Assembly (NCBI GenBank): GCA_018716115.1
Contig: DVKF01000040.1
Coordinates: forward strand, 1-57,193
Origin: Candidatus Alloscybalousia intestinigallinarum
Lineage (GTDB): Bacteria > Bacillota_I > Bacilli_A > RF39 > UBA660
Direction of reading: 5' to 3'
DNA: 57,193 bases
The notes beneath the pieces were generated by a model that was given only the letters and a program-made list of their open reading frames with translations, made no database searches and was not told where the DNA came from. The first letter of the stretch is position 1; every line of letters begins with the position of its first letter. Below, in pieces: positions 45,774 through 55,579 of the stretch. The position numbers were made by a program, and so were the translations under genes.

Positions 45774-47273
45774 TTAATTAGCAACCACTACAGTCGCTGT
45801 AGTAATACCATTCTGATTTAAAAGATAAGTTACTCCTTCTTGCGCAGTAGTATTTTCTACTATTATATAAACATTAGGATTTAAACCTAAAAACACTTCA
45901 AACGTACTAGTATCATCTGAAAAAATAGTATTATCAAAATTGATTCTAGCTAAACTTGTACAATTTCTAAACATCCAAGTAACATTGGTTACCTTAGAAA
46001 CATTAAAATGAGAAAGATCCAAATTTGTTAGATTAACACAACCATCGACAAACTGTCGCATGTTTTCTACTTTAGAAGTATTAAAACTAGAAACATCTAT
46101 CCATTTTAAATTTTGATTATTATAGAACATACCACTCATATCTGCTACCTGCGAAGTGTCAAAATGAGAAAGATCAATTCCCGTTAAAGCTGTATTTTCA
46201 AACATCCAAGCCATGCTAGTAACTTTAGAAGTATCAAAACTATCGATATTTAAATTCGTTAATTTTCTACATTGAGCAAACATACCCCACATCGTAACCA
46301 CATTCGAGGTATCAAAGTTCGATAAATCAAGGCTCGTTAATTCTAAGCAGCCCGCAAACATCTCAGCCATATATACCACTCGAGAAGTATTTAACAATTC
46401 CATATTGACGATTTCTTCAAGCTTTACCATTTCTTTATACATGCCGGCACTTGATTCTGGCAAATATATTTCATCATTTCCTTGTATATAAATCGTATAT
46501 GTTCCAGTTTCCTCTTGATTTTCTACCAAATAAGTCATACAAGAACCATCTTGATTGAAAGAAGCATCAACAGTAAATAAGGCATTGCTGATTGGATTAA
46601 TCCGATTCTGATAAACAATTCTAGTAACTAATGACTTAACATCTTGAAACTCTGAACTACCAAAAGGCTCAGTATTAAACAATGACTGTTTACTGACTGG
46701 CTCTACCCGATCATATGTATCTACTTGAATCTTTGTAGACAAGTCCATTCCAGCATCTTTATTTTGAAGAAAAGTACTGTTTAAAAGACCAATCTTTAAA
46801 CAATAGCTCTGACTTTCGCCTGCTTCTAAATGTAAATCTGTTTTGATTACCAATTCTTTATCTCCAGATAAGAAACCACTAGGGGAAGAAAAAGTTCCAT
46901 ACTTGATCAATTCTGATTGTTGGTAAGTAGAATCGGTTTTATATAATCCCCATATTAAGTTGTTAGAAAAAACATCTTTCCCGTCTTTTTGAAGAGAAAT
47001 ATCGACCAAGCTAATATTATAGTTAATGGCTTGATCATTGGTATTTCTAATCGTAAATTGATGAGTAGAAGCACCAGATTCATCGGCAACTGGTAGTGCA
47101 TTTTCCATCTGGATATCTTGCCCTGTTTCATAAGTAATTTCTAACATACCTACTTTCACCATTTGCGATTCCGAAGTATCATAACTACTAAAATAAGCAT
47201 AACTTCCACCCATAATTAACCCAATCACAAGTAAACAACCTATAATAAGCAAAATCGTTATCTTTTTTTTCAT
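45774..47273 (-). CDS. Secreted protein: SipW-type (TasA/camelysin-like) signal and N-domain fused to BspA/DUF285 leucine-rich repeats
   Basis: N-terminus MKKKITILLIIGCLLVIGLIMGGSYAYFSS. About 6 repeats of the L..LDLS.FDTS.V..M..MF..C type. Confidence 0.75.
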   Translation of the reverse strand: MKKKITILLIIGCLLVIGLIMGGSYAYFSSYDTSESQMVKVGMLEITYETGQDIQMENALPVADESGASTHQFTIRNTNDQAINYNISLVDISLQKDGKDVFSNNLIWGLYKTDSTYQQSELIKYGTFSSPSGFLSGDKELVIKTDLHLEAGESQSYCLKIGLLNSTFLQNKDAGMDLSTKIQVDTYDRVEPVSKQSLFNTEPFGSSEFQDVKSLVTRIVYQNRINPISNALFTVDASFNQDGSCMTYLVENQEETGTYTIYIQGNDEIYLPESSAGMYKEMVKLEEIVNMELLNTSRVVYMAEMFAGCLELTSLDLSNFDTSNVVTMWGMFAQCRKLTNLNIDSFDTSKVTSMAWMFENTALTGIDLSHFDTSQVADMSGMFYNNQNLKWIDVSSFNTSKVENMRQFVDGCVNLTNLDLSHFNVSKVTNVTWMFRNCTSLARINFDNTIFSDDTSTFEVFLGLNPNVYIIVENTTAQEGVTYLLNQNGITTATVVVAN

Positions 47274-47350
47274 CGTTTCACCTCAATTATCCTGTTATCA
47301 TTATAACAAAACCATCAACTAGTGAAAAGAAGTTAACTAGTTTTTCCTAA

Positions 47351-47376
47351 GAAAAAAGGAATATTTGACTATTCCT
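47351..47376 (-). terminator. Rho-independent terminator after the arylsulfotransferase gene
   Basis: Minus strand reads AGGAATA-GTCAAA-TATTCCT followed by TTTTTTC. The stem overlaps the stop codon. Confidence 0.55.
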
Positions 47377-49354
47377 AAAATTCTACATATTCTCCTGTAT
47401 CGTATAAAACACCATCTATTCTAAGGTAAATAGAATACTTACCACTTAACCCTTCCGCATTAATATATTTCGTAATAGAGATTCCATTTTCAGTTTCTTC
47501 TTCGGTAAAGATATCTACACATAACGCTGTATATGGCTTTTTACTTACCCGAACTTGATAAATATTAGAGTGTAAATTCTGATAAAGAACGACTTCGACT
47601 TCGTTTTCCCGTTTAAATTGTCCTTTGACAACTAAACGATCAATTTCTCGTTCAAGCGTAACATCATGACTTTGATAAGTATCATCTATCTTTCGACTAG
47701 AAAGAATAGCGCCAGTCTCAGTACGAGTAACTTCTGTTTTTCCTAAACTACCTAAACGTTTTGCTTTTTCGGTAGAAAATTTATCCTGATCAGTATATAA
47801 ACTCATCTTTTCTACCCGATAATTATTGGTTGGTAACTTTAGTTCAAAAACCACTTCATCATCGATTAACTCAACAGTATCTGACAATAATTCAGCCCCC
47901 TCACTAAATCCAGCTGGCTGATTAGAATTTTTACCATCTACATAAACAATCCCACCAGAATGGACAATATAATGATTTTTTCCTAAATAATCAACATCAG
48001 AAATATAAGGGGAATAAAATTCACTACCACGTTCTTTTCCATACTCCCATACTTGTTCGATAGTCATCTTATCGGTATCGATTTTATACATAACTCCTCT
48101 AGTGTAACTCGCATCAGCTGGTACATATTCGTCTTTAATTTTTGATTTATTATTTCCGTTATCTAAGATAAATACATATCCTTCAGGCGTAATCATCGCT
48201 GCGTGTTGACTCCATTGCCATTCAAAATCATCTCCTACTGGGGTAAAGAAATATTTCTGATACTCTTCGCTCCAATTTGTAGGATCGCCAATAATCCAGT
48301 TTAATTCACCAGTTTCATAATCAATATTAATTACCGCATCTTGATGTCTTCCAGATAAGGTAATGGAATTAGTAGCTTCATCGTACCACACAGAATTATT
48401 GTGGAACCAATCGTAAGAAGACCAGTTTTCACTTCTTCCATCTTCCATTGGTAAAATATCTTTCAAATCAAAATGTTTAACTTCTTTTCCCGTTTTCCGG
48501 TCAAGTTCGACAATATAATCTTCAACCGTACCATCATTGTTATTAAAATCATCACTAGCAACTAACAAATTACCATTAGGCATCTCATAATAATCGTGAT
48601 GGTAGCCACCTTCTAAACTATACTCCGTATAAATTTTACCTAACAAATCCATCTCATATAATCCCGTCATATAATATGGCGAATTAACAAGTCGTTCAGT
48701 ACTAACTAAGAGATGACCATTCTCTAAGCGATCAATCTTCCAAAGAGCATAATTCGTAAAGTACCATCTAACATCCCCATTCACATCATAAGCACAAGTA
48801 TATCCTGAACTAGATGGGGTATAAAAATAAAGATCATTACCTAATTTCTCTTTATCCGCATAAACATCTTCTGGAATAATCATATCATCAGGTAACGCTT
48901 CGGTTTCAATCTCGATCGTTTTAGAAACTAAATTTCCCTCTTCCTCATATTCTACTTTTACCTGATTTATCGTATCAGCATAGAGACCATAGATCGGTAA
49001 ACGATGTTCTTTTGTCTGATCAAAAGTATGCGTATAAGTCGTTGATTCATCTTTTCCTGGAATCGTTACCTTGACTTCAACTTCTTCTTTTGTATCAAAC
49101 GCAATCAATGCCGTAAGTGGAGAATTTCCATAAGGATTTAAAATCACCTTAGCGTTATCAATCGTAAATCCATCTAAATCAAAGTCTTCTTCTAAGTGTT
49201 GTTGCTTTTCTACCATACTCTCTACATAAGCGACTTCTTGATGATTAATCGAATGCAAGTGAGCATAAAGCGTAATTCCTCCACTAATCACTAAAATAAT
49301 CGCAAGGATAACAACAACCAAAACCCATATTTTTATTTGTCTCTTTTTTTTCAT
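47375..49354 (-). CDS. Arylsulfotransferase (ASST) family protein, signal-anchored
   Basis: Preferred ATG at 49354 after TAGGAGGTTAAAC. N-terminal Ig-like domain motif LNPYGNSPLTALIAFDT, followed by a beta-propeller-like body rich in W/Y/H. Confidence 0.75.
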   Translation of the reverse strand: MKKKRQIKIWVLVVVILAIILVISGGITLYAHLHSINHQEVAYVESMVEKQQHLEEDFDLDGFTIDNAKVILNPYGNSPLTALIAFDTKEEVEVKVTIPGKDESTTYTHTFDQTKEHRLPIYGLYADTINQVKVEYEEEGNLVSKTIEIETEALPDDMIIPEDVYADKEKLGNDLYFYTPSSSGYTCAYDVNGDVRWYFTNYALWKIDRLENGHLLVSTERLVNSPYYMTGLYEMDLLGKIYTEYSLEGGYHHDYYEMPNGNLLVASDDFNNNDGTVEDYIVELDRKTGKEVKHFDLKDILPMEDGRSENWSSYDWFHNNSVWYDEATNSITLSGRHQDAVINIDYETGELNWIIGDPTNWSEEYQKYFFTPVGDDFEWQWSQHAAMITPEGYVFILDNGNNKSKIKDEYVPADASYTRGVMYKIDTDKMTIEQVWEYGKERGSEFYSPYISDVDYLGKNHYIVHSGGIVYVDGKNSNQPAGFSEGAELLSDTVELIDDEVVFELKLPTNNYRVEKMSLYTDQDKFSTEKAKRLGSLGKTEVTRTETGAILSSRKIDDTYQSHDVTLEREIDRLVVKGQFKRENEVEVVLYQNLHSNIYQVRVSKKPYTALCVDIFTEEETENGISITKYINAEGLSGKYSIYLRIDGVLYDTGEYVEF

Positions 49355-49443
49355 GTTTAACCTCCTAACAACTCCATTATAAAAAAGAGCCATTAAAAAA
49401 AGCAATAAACAAGAAGTTGAAAAAAACTCAAGCATAAGTTGAG

Positions 49444-50163
49444 TTACTTCGTACAACGGTCATTAAACGATAGTGGAATGCGATAAGTAGTTATTTTTTC
49501 TAAAGAATTAGAAGCATTGATTTCTAAATATAAACTTCCTTCCGAATAACGCGAACAGTCACTAGAAAAATCATCAATTTTAAAATCAATCCCACGAAGA
49601 TATTCTTCTAACGTAATCATCCCTTCGCCTTCATATTTCGCTTCAGAAATCTTCGTCGTACTATCTTCTTGAACTTCGTATAAGACACAACTGATCTCTT
49701 GATATAATGTATGATCTTCGCCACCACAATAATCAATATTAGAAATATATAAATGAGAATTACTTCGATTATAAGCTAAACTACCCGATATTGTAAAATG
49801 ACTACAACTAGTAGATAACGTTTTAAATTCAAAATCATCGTTTTGAAAAAGGAAAAAATATCCCCCAATAAGTAAGAAGAAAATAAAAATTCCAATGATC
49901 CCAATTCCTATCTTTACTTTTTTAGATTTTTTGGACTTGGGAGATTCCTTTACTGTAATTTCGCCATCAAGAAAATCACCGATATCCATTTGAAAATCAG
50001 CACAAATCTGTTTTAAGAGCGCTAAATCGGGCATATTTTTTCCATTTTCCCATTTCGATACTGCTTGATAAGTAACATGGTAACGTTTAGCAAATTCTGC
50101 TTGCGTTAAATGGTGTTTCATTCTTAGCTCTTTAATTAATTGTCCAACTTTTTCTTGATCCAT
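49444..50163 (-). CDS. Membrane-anchored XRE-family HTH regulator with an extracytoplasmic Cys-containing domain
   Basis: Preferred ATG at 50163 after GGTGGTAAT. HTH region LTQAEFAKRYHVTYQAVSKWENGKNMP, TM IGIGIIGIFIFFLLIGGYFFLF, and a ~130-aa outside domain. Confidence 0.75.
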   Translation of the reverse strand: MDQEKVGQLIKELRMKHHLTQAEFAKRYHVTYQAVSKWENGKNMPDLALLKQICADFQMDIGDFLDGEITVKESPKSKKSKKVKIGIGIIGIFIFFLLIGGYFFLFQNDDFEFKTLSTSCSHFTISGSLAYNRSNSHLYISNIDYCGGEDHTLYQEISCVLYEVQEDSTTKISEAKYEGEGMITLEEYLRGIDFKIDDFSSDCSRYSEGSLYLEINASNSLEKITTYRIPLSFNDRCTK

Positions 50164-50266
50164 ATTACCACCTAAAATTTCCTTATCTTTTCTTATTGTA
50201 TCATAAAAAAGAAGGATTGACAAAACTTAGCATGTTACAAACTCTCACTTTACAACTTACTTTTTA

Positions 50267-51025
50267 TCACGACATTCTTTTCTGTTTTTGAATTCCCTTT
50301 TGATGAACCGAAGAAAAGAATTCTCCTAATGTCGCATATGGTTCACAATCTTTTTCTAAAAGACGAAGCGAATCACTCACATGTTCATACCTCTTTACAT
50401 ATTCCCGTTCTACTTTAGGTAAGATATCTTCTCTAGCACTTAAAAACTCATCCGCAATAGAAGCAATCAAATGGTTCATTTCCATTCGATTAATTAAATA
50501 TAAATCTTTTGTCGTTTGATCATCACATTGTTCGTAGAAACTATCATCGATCATATACAAAGAAAAAGGTAACTGATAACTTACATTTTCTCCAAAACGA
50601 AGATTATAAATTGCCCAATCACATAATTGAATATGAAGATCCGTAAAAATATCGATAGTTTGATTTAAAGAATGTAGATAAGAAAACACTTCCTTTTTCG
50701 GTAAATTACATAAAAGATCGCTTGTATTTCCTTTTGATTCATATAAGAAAGGTGCTGAACAGCCGATATAAGCTCCTTCTTGATCAAATACCGGAGAATG
50801 ACTAACAACAACCGGTAATACCTGAGAAGAAATCACCCCAAAATAAGTGATAGTCTCTAAATCAGGGTAATCTTCTACCTCATCAAGATTTAAATAAAGC
50901 TTAACGGCCAAATCTACATTATCTTGACAAAGATGATAAACTGTTCCCGTTGTACGACCGCCCTGTCCCTTTTCTTGAGAATCAAAATAATACATATTCT
51001 CATTGATTCTAAGCCAATTTTTCAT
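50267..51025 (-). CDS. Minimal protein-kinase-like / APH-like fold protein (252 aa)
   Basis: Gly-rich KGQGGRTTGTVYHL, Lys motif LAVKLY, catalytic-loop-like HIQLCDWAIYN (D-x4-N), and metal-binding-like LYMIDDS. SD AAGGAGAA. Confidence 0.5.
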   Translation of the reverse strand: MKNWLRINENMYYFDSQEKGQGGRTTGTVYHLCQDNVDLAVKLYLNLDEVEDYPDLETITYFGVISSQVLPVVVSHSPVFDQEGAYIGCSAPFLYESKGNTSDLLCNLPKKEVFSYLHSLNQTIDIFTDLHIQLCDWAIYNLRFGENVSYQLPFSLYMIDDSFYEQCDDQTTKDLYLINRMEMNHLIASIADEFLSAREDILPKVEREYVKRYEHVSDSLRLLEKDCEPYATLGEFFSSVHQKGIQKQKRMS

Positions 51026-51331
51026 TTAAATTTTTCTCCTTTTTACGAATTCTACTTTATCTAATAAATAATCTTGAAGTGAAGAATAATTTCTACTCTC
51101 TCTTTTCAATAATGAAAAACTATCTTCACTCTTTAAATAAGGGGTAAAAATCATTTCACGGATGTTTTTTTTCAAAGACTTGGCATAACAAAAGATAAAG
51201 TTAGCGATGATATCATTAATCAAATAAAATAATTTCCGTCTATTTTCTTCAAAAGTAATTTGAAAATCAAAATAATAGCCATTATCATCGATCATATATA
51301 ACCTTAATGGTAAATCTTGTCCCTTTCCCAA
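51026..51331 (-). pseudogene. Truncated upstream paralog of the kinase-like gene (C-lobe part only)
   Basis: LPLRLYMIDDNGYYF...FYLINDIIANF aligns with LPFSLYMIDDSFYEQ...LYLINRMEMNH of the downstream gene. The only start is TTG directly after an in-frame stop. There is no spacer to the next gene. Confidence 0.45.
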
Positions 51332-51413
51332 TCACCATTCGTTTTTTTATGATTAAATTCCCTTAAAAAGTGATGCTTATTTTAACATATTTTTTCATTT
51401 TTGAAAAGAGAAA

Positions 51414-51444
51414 TGACTATTTTCGGGTAACTTTATCCATACTA
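51414..51444 (+). promoter_or_regulatory. Forespore sigma-G-like promoter of the ger operon
   Basis: TGACTA (51414..51419), an 18-nt spacer, then CATACTA (51438..51444). The remembered consensus is about TGAATA-N17/18-CATACTA. Lies 21 nt upstream of the ATG at 51466. Confidence 0.45.
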
Positions 51445-51465
51445 AAATAAAGAGAGGGAAAAATC

Positions 51466-52890
51466 ATGATTACACGTTTACAAATAGATACGAATAATGC
51501 CGATGATATTATCTATCGAACCATCAATATTCAAGGTCAAAATATTACTTTAGTTTATAGTGAAGTATTAATTAGCGGAGAAAATGTCAGTGAGTTAATC
51601 TTAAAAAATTTAGCGAAAATTATTGATGAAAAGATAACGATTACTACTGATCTTTACACTTTCTTTTATAATTCATTACCTAGTCACAATATCAAAAAAA
51701 TTGAAGATTATACTGACTTACAAACCAAATTATGGAATGGATATGTCATCTTTATCTTACCGGATGACAGTTGCTTCGGAATGGAAATTAGAGCATCTCT
51801 CGATCGAGGAATAGGTAAAGCAGAAGCAGAAGTGTCTATTCGTGGACCAAAAGATGCCTTTACAGAAAACTTTAATACCAATTTAGGCTTATTACGAAAA
51901 CGATTAAAAACAAGTAATCTTTGGACTTCGACACTCATGATTGGGAAACAGACACAAACCAAAGTAGGTATTCTTTATATGCAGAATATTGCGGAAAAAA
52001 AATTAATTACAGAAATTGAAAAAAAACTAAATAAAATCAATATAGATGGCATTATCGATAGTAGTTATCTAAAACAATATCTCAATCAGGAATCGGCAAT
52101 TTTCCCAACCATTATGACAACAGAGAGACCTGATTTAGCGGGTATGGCTCTACTAGAAGGAAAGATTATCATCATGATTGATAACAGTCCTTATGCTTTG
52201 ATTCTTCCCTGTTTCTTTATTGATTTTTTTCATACTCCCGACGATTATTATCAAAAACCAATTAATATTACCTTCATTCGCTTAGTACGATTAGTTGCCT
52301 TTTTCATTGCGATTTTAATCCCCGCTTACTATATTGCGATTACTACTCATAATTATGATTCCATTACAACAGATCTACTCGTAAATTTCCTTGCGCAACG
52401 AAAAACCGTTCCTTTTCCCGCTTTGGTAGAAGCACTACTCATGACCATTTCTTTTGAAATACTAAGAGAAAGTGATATGCGAATGGCTTCTACTATGGGA
52501 ACCGCTGTCTCTATCCTAGGTGGTTTAGTATTAGGGGATGCTGCTGTCAGTGCCGGAATCATCTCCCCAATTATGATTATTGTCGTAGCAATCAGCGCGA
52601 TATCCGGATTAGTATTTACCTCAATTGAACTAACCGCCGCAATTAGATGGTGGCGAATTATCTTTATGATCCTAGCTACTCTACTAGGTATATATGGAAT
52701 ATTTTTAGGCATTATTCTTCTAACTACTAAACTATGTAGTATCAACGCCTTCAACAAACCCTATCTTGCTCCGTTTGCCCCATTTATTTTCTATGAACAA
52801 AAAGACAGTTTCATCCGTCTCAGTAATCCAAAAACAATAAAAAAACGTAATCCATTACTCACGAAAAAGAATCAGATAAGGGGACGATAA
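51466..52890 (+). CDS. Spore germinant receptor subunit A (GerAA/GerKA family)
   Basis: 474 aa. Motifs GPKDAFTENFNTNLGLLRKRL, TERPD, ALILP..F..FF...DDYY, and a C-terminal TM bundle. Confidence 0.9.
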   Translation: MITRLQIDTNNADDIIYRTINIQGQNITLVYSEVLISGENVSELILKNLAKIIDEKITITTDLYTFFYNSLPSHNIKKIEDYTDLQTKLWNGYVIFILPDDSCFGMEIRASLDRGIGKAEAEVSIRGPKDAFTENFNTNLGLLRKRLKTSNLWTSTLMIGKQTQTKVGILYMQNIAEKKLITEIEKKLNKINIDGIIDSSYLKQYLNQESAIFPTIMTTERPDLAGMALLEGKIIIMIDNSPYALILPCFFIDFFHTPDDYYQKPINITFIRLVRLVAFFIAILIPAYYIAITTHNYDSITTDLLVNFLAQRKTVPFPALVEALLMTISFEILRESDMRMASTMGTAVSILGGLVLGDAAVSAGIISPIMIIVVAISAISGLVFTSIELTAAIRWWRIIFMILATLLGIYGIFLGIILLTTKLCSINAFNKPYLAPFAPFIFYEQKDSFIRLSNPKTIKKRNPLLTKKNQIRGR

Positions 52891-52891
52891 T

Positions 52892-53875
52892 ATGACCAAA
52901 AAAATTATTACTCTCGTGTTTATTCTATTGTTGACTACTAGTTGTAACGCTTATACAGAATTAAGTGATTTAGGAATTACTAGTATGTTAGGACTCGATT
53001 ATCAAAACGAAGAATTTATTGTCTATACAACAATTATCGCCGATAGAGATAACCAAGAAAATAAAGACAAATATAAAACCTATCACGCAACCGGAAAATC
53101 TCTTGAAGAAGCTTTTGAAAATATTTATATTCAAAATAGTAAAAAAATCTATCTATCGCACATGAATCTATTAGTAATTACCGAAAATATCATCGATCAA
53201 CAATTAACCACGATGATTAAACACTTCTTAACAAACAGTGAATACCGCAACAACTTCCAGATTGTTACCATCAAAAATAACCTAGAAGACTTATTTAATC
53301 AAGAAATTACTGCCGAAGAAATCAATAAACTCATTCTCATCAATCAAAAAGAATCTGGAACTACTCGATCTATTGATTTTGAAACCTTTTTAAAAGATAT
53401 CCTAATCGATCACAATACCATTCTCCCCACCATCAAACTAGAAGATACACTATCTCTAGAAGGATTTACTCTGATTAAAGATAATCAACTCTATGGTAGT
53501 TTATCTAACGAAGAAGCCATTTTATATAATTTTCTAAGCAATAAAATCGAAAAAACTTCTTTTCAAGGAATTACCGTCTATGAAAATGAAACCATCATCA
53601 CAACCAAAAAAAACAAAATCGAGATTACCATCAACTCTACCATTGATAACCACCCAAAAACCTACCAAAAGGAACTAAAAAAAGCCCTATTAAACCTACT
53701 TACTACCTATCAACAAAAACAATATGACCTATTAAAACTAGAACATAAAATCTATCAAAATAACTATTCTTACTACAAAAAAAACAAAAACATCCTAAAT
53801 AAATTAGAGTTTCATATCGAAATTCATCCAACAATTAAAAATAATTATCTAGAAGAGGTGATTACTGATGAATAA
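52892..53875 (+). CDS. Spore germinant receptor subunit C lipoprotein (Ger(x)C family)
   Basis: Lipobox LLTTSC. 327 aa, typical size and position. Confidence 0.8.
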   Translation: MTKKIITLVFILLLTTSCNAYTELSDLGITSMLGLDYQNEEFIVYTTIIADRDNQENKDKYKTYHATGKSLEEAFENIYIQNSKKIYLSHMNLLVITENIIDQQLTTMIKHFLTNSEYRNNFQIVTIKNNLEDLFNQEITAEEINKLILINQKESGTTRSIDFETFLKDILIDHNTILPTIKLEDTLSLEGFTLIKDNQLYGSLSNEEAILYNFLSNKIEKTSFQGITVYENETIITTKKNKIEITINSTIDNHPKTYQKELKKALLNLLTTYQQKQYDLLKLEHKIYQNNYSYYKKNKNILNKLEFHIEIHPTIKNNYLEEVITDE

Positions 53876-54947
53876 AAACAAAATTACTCCATTTGAACTA
53901 ACTACCCTTACCTTCTTTCTCTTTAATTCTTTCCTCTTCACAACCGGAATTCAAAGATTAGCAAAACAAAATAATACCGATAGTGTTCTAAGTATTCTAA
54001 TTGGTTTTCTTTTCCTACTTCTTTTCTTTCAACTGATCAAAGGAATCTATCAGTTTCATCAAAAACAAGATATTTTAGGAAAAATAGAAATTCTGTTTCC
54101 TAAAACTAAACTTTTGATCTTTTTCCTGTTAATCATCATTTTATTTACTCAATTAATTTACTCTATTCATCAAATTTCTACTTTCATTAATTATTATATT
54201 TTAAAAGAGACCAAATTAATTATCATTACAGTTACTCTACTATTAACGGTTCTTTATATCTGTAAAAAAGGAATAATTAGTATCGTAAAACTAAGTGAAA
54301 TTTGTTTTTATCTATATCTATTTCTTTTCATCATGACAATTATAGGAACTTTAAAATATCTGAATTTAGAAAATATCAAGCCATTACTTACTTCGACTAT
54401 TGAAGATAATACGAAATCAAGTTTACTTTACTTTTCCAGTTTAATTATTCCCTTTTTCTTAATCGCGATGTTACCAAAAGAAGAGTTAAGTCAAAAAAAG
54501 AAATATGAACAAGCAATCGCTAAAGGGATTAGATATAGTAGTTTAATTTGTTTTTTAGAATTACTAATCACAATTTCTATTCTTGGCATTCAATTAACAA
54601 AAATCTATCTTTACCCCGAAATGATTGTCTATAAAAAGATTTCATTTTTAAATATTTTAGAACATTTAGAAACGACTCTGGCTTTCTCGCAAATTTTAAA
54701 CAGTCTTTTTATTATTGTTTTCAGTCTTTGGAGTTTACATGAGATAATTAAAAAAGTAATCCCGTTAAAAAAAGAAAAAGAGAACATTTCTTATTCTCTT
54801 CTGATCTTATTATTGATATTTGCGGGAACTCTACTTACGATTCCTCATCGTTATTTTTTGATAGAAAATATCGTTATTCTCACTCTATTAGTATTCATTC
54901 GAGTAAAAATCCATTATTCACAAACATATCCTGCTGCTTCTAATTGA
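53868..54947 (+). CDS. Spore germinant receptor subunit B (GerAB family, APC-like permease)
   Basis: 359 aa with about 10 TMs. N-terminus ITPFELTTLTFFLFNSF. Overlaps the subunit C gene by 8 nt. Confidence 0.85.
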   Translation: MNKNKITPFELTTLTFFLFNSFLFTTGIQRLAKQNNTDSVLSILIGFLFLLLFFQLIKGIYQFHQKQDILGKIEILFPKTKLLIFFLLIIILFTQLIYSIHQISTFINYYILKETKLIIITVTLLLTVLYICKKGIISIVKLSEICFYLYLFLFIMTIIGTLKYLNLENIKPLLTSTIEDNTKSSLLYFSSLIIPFFLIAMLPKEELSQKKKYEQAIAKGIRYSSLICFLELLITISILGIQLTKIYLYPEMIVYKKISFLNILEHLETTLAFSQILNSLFIIVFSLWSLHEIIKKVIPLKKEKENISYSLLILLLIFAGTLLTIPHRYFLIENIVILTLLVFIRVKIHYSQTYPAASN

Positions 54948-55522
54948 CTAGCGAGCTCTGAAACATTTTGATTTAAGGTATAATTGGTCGTAATCACTTC
55001 TTGATCACTAGCGGAAACTGAAGTCGAATCAAAGGTCGCTAAATCAAATTTTTTTACTGTGTAAATGGAATTACCACCAGTCGAGCACTCATAGTTAAAG
55101 CCTTTTACTTGATGATATGAAGTAGGCGTTTCTTGACAGGCAAGTTGCGCTTCCGCAAACTTGGCTTCATTATCTTTGGTATCTAAAGGATAAACCCGAT
55201 TAACAGTTTCAGAAACAATCCGTAATTGATTATCTTCGTGAAAGAATAAAATGCCTAAGCTATCCCGATAATCGGTATTTGATTCATCATTATAAGTACA
55301 GATAATTCGTTCATACTGACTGTCATCGATTAAGTCGCTACCAGTTGAGGTACCATTATTGACTGGATCTTCCCAATCTGATTGATCATTCTCGCCCGGT
55401 TCAGTAGAAACCGCAAAAACAGTTCGAAAAACAGGGGGAAATATAATAAAAGAAGATAAAACAACAATCCCACCAACACATAAAATCCATTGTAAGATGG
55501 ATAAACCCATAATTTTTTTCAT
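54914..55522 (-). CDS. Secreted or membrane-anchored hypothetical protein
   Basis: N-terminal TM ILCVGGIVVLSSFIIF. Four Cys residues. The 3' end overlaps the convergent gerAB-like gene by 34 nt. Confidence 0.55.
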   Translation of the reverse strand: MKKIMGLSILQWILCVGGIVVLSSFIIFPPVFRTVFAVSTEPGENDQSDWEDPVNNGTSTGSDLIDDSQYERIICTYNDESNTDYRDSLGILFFHEDNQLRIVSETVNRVYPLDTKDNEAKFAEAQLACQETPTSYHQVKGFNYECSTGGNSIYTVKKFDLATFDSTSVSASDQEVITTNYTLNQNVSELASQLEAAGYVCE

Positions 55523-55579
55523 ACAGAACCCCTTTCCGATTATAAATAAAGTTTATCACAAATTAACGACGATGAAAAC

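Noticed and set aside
47375-49456. The long N-terminal extension of the arylsulfotransferase ORF, which overlaps the XRE regulator gene.
   Set aside because: The extension has no SD and overlaps the upstream gene. An internal ATG at 49354 has a strong SD (TAGGAGG) and starts a typical K-rich signal anchor.
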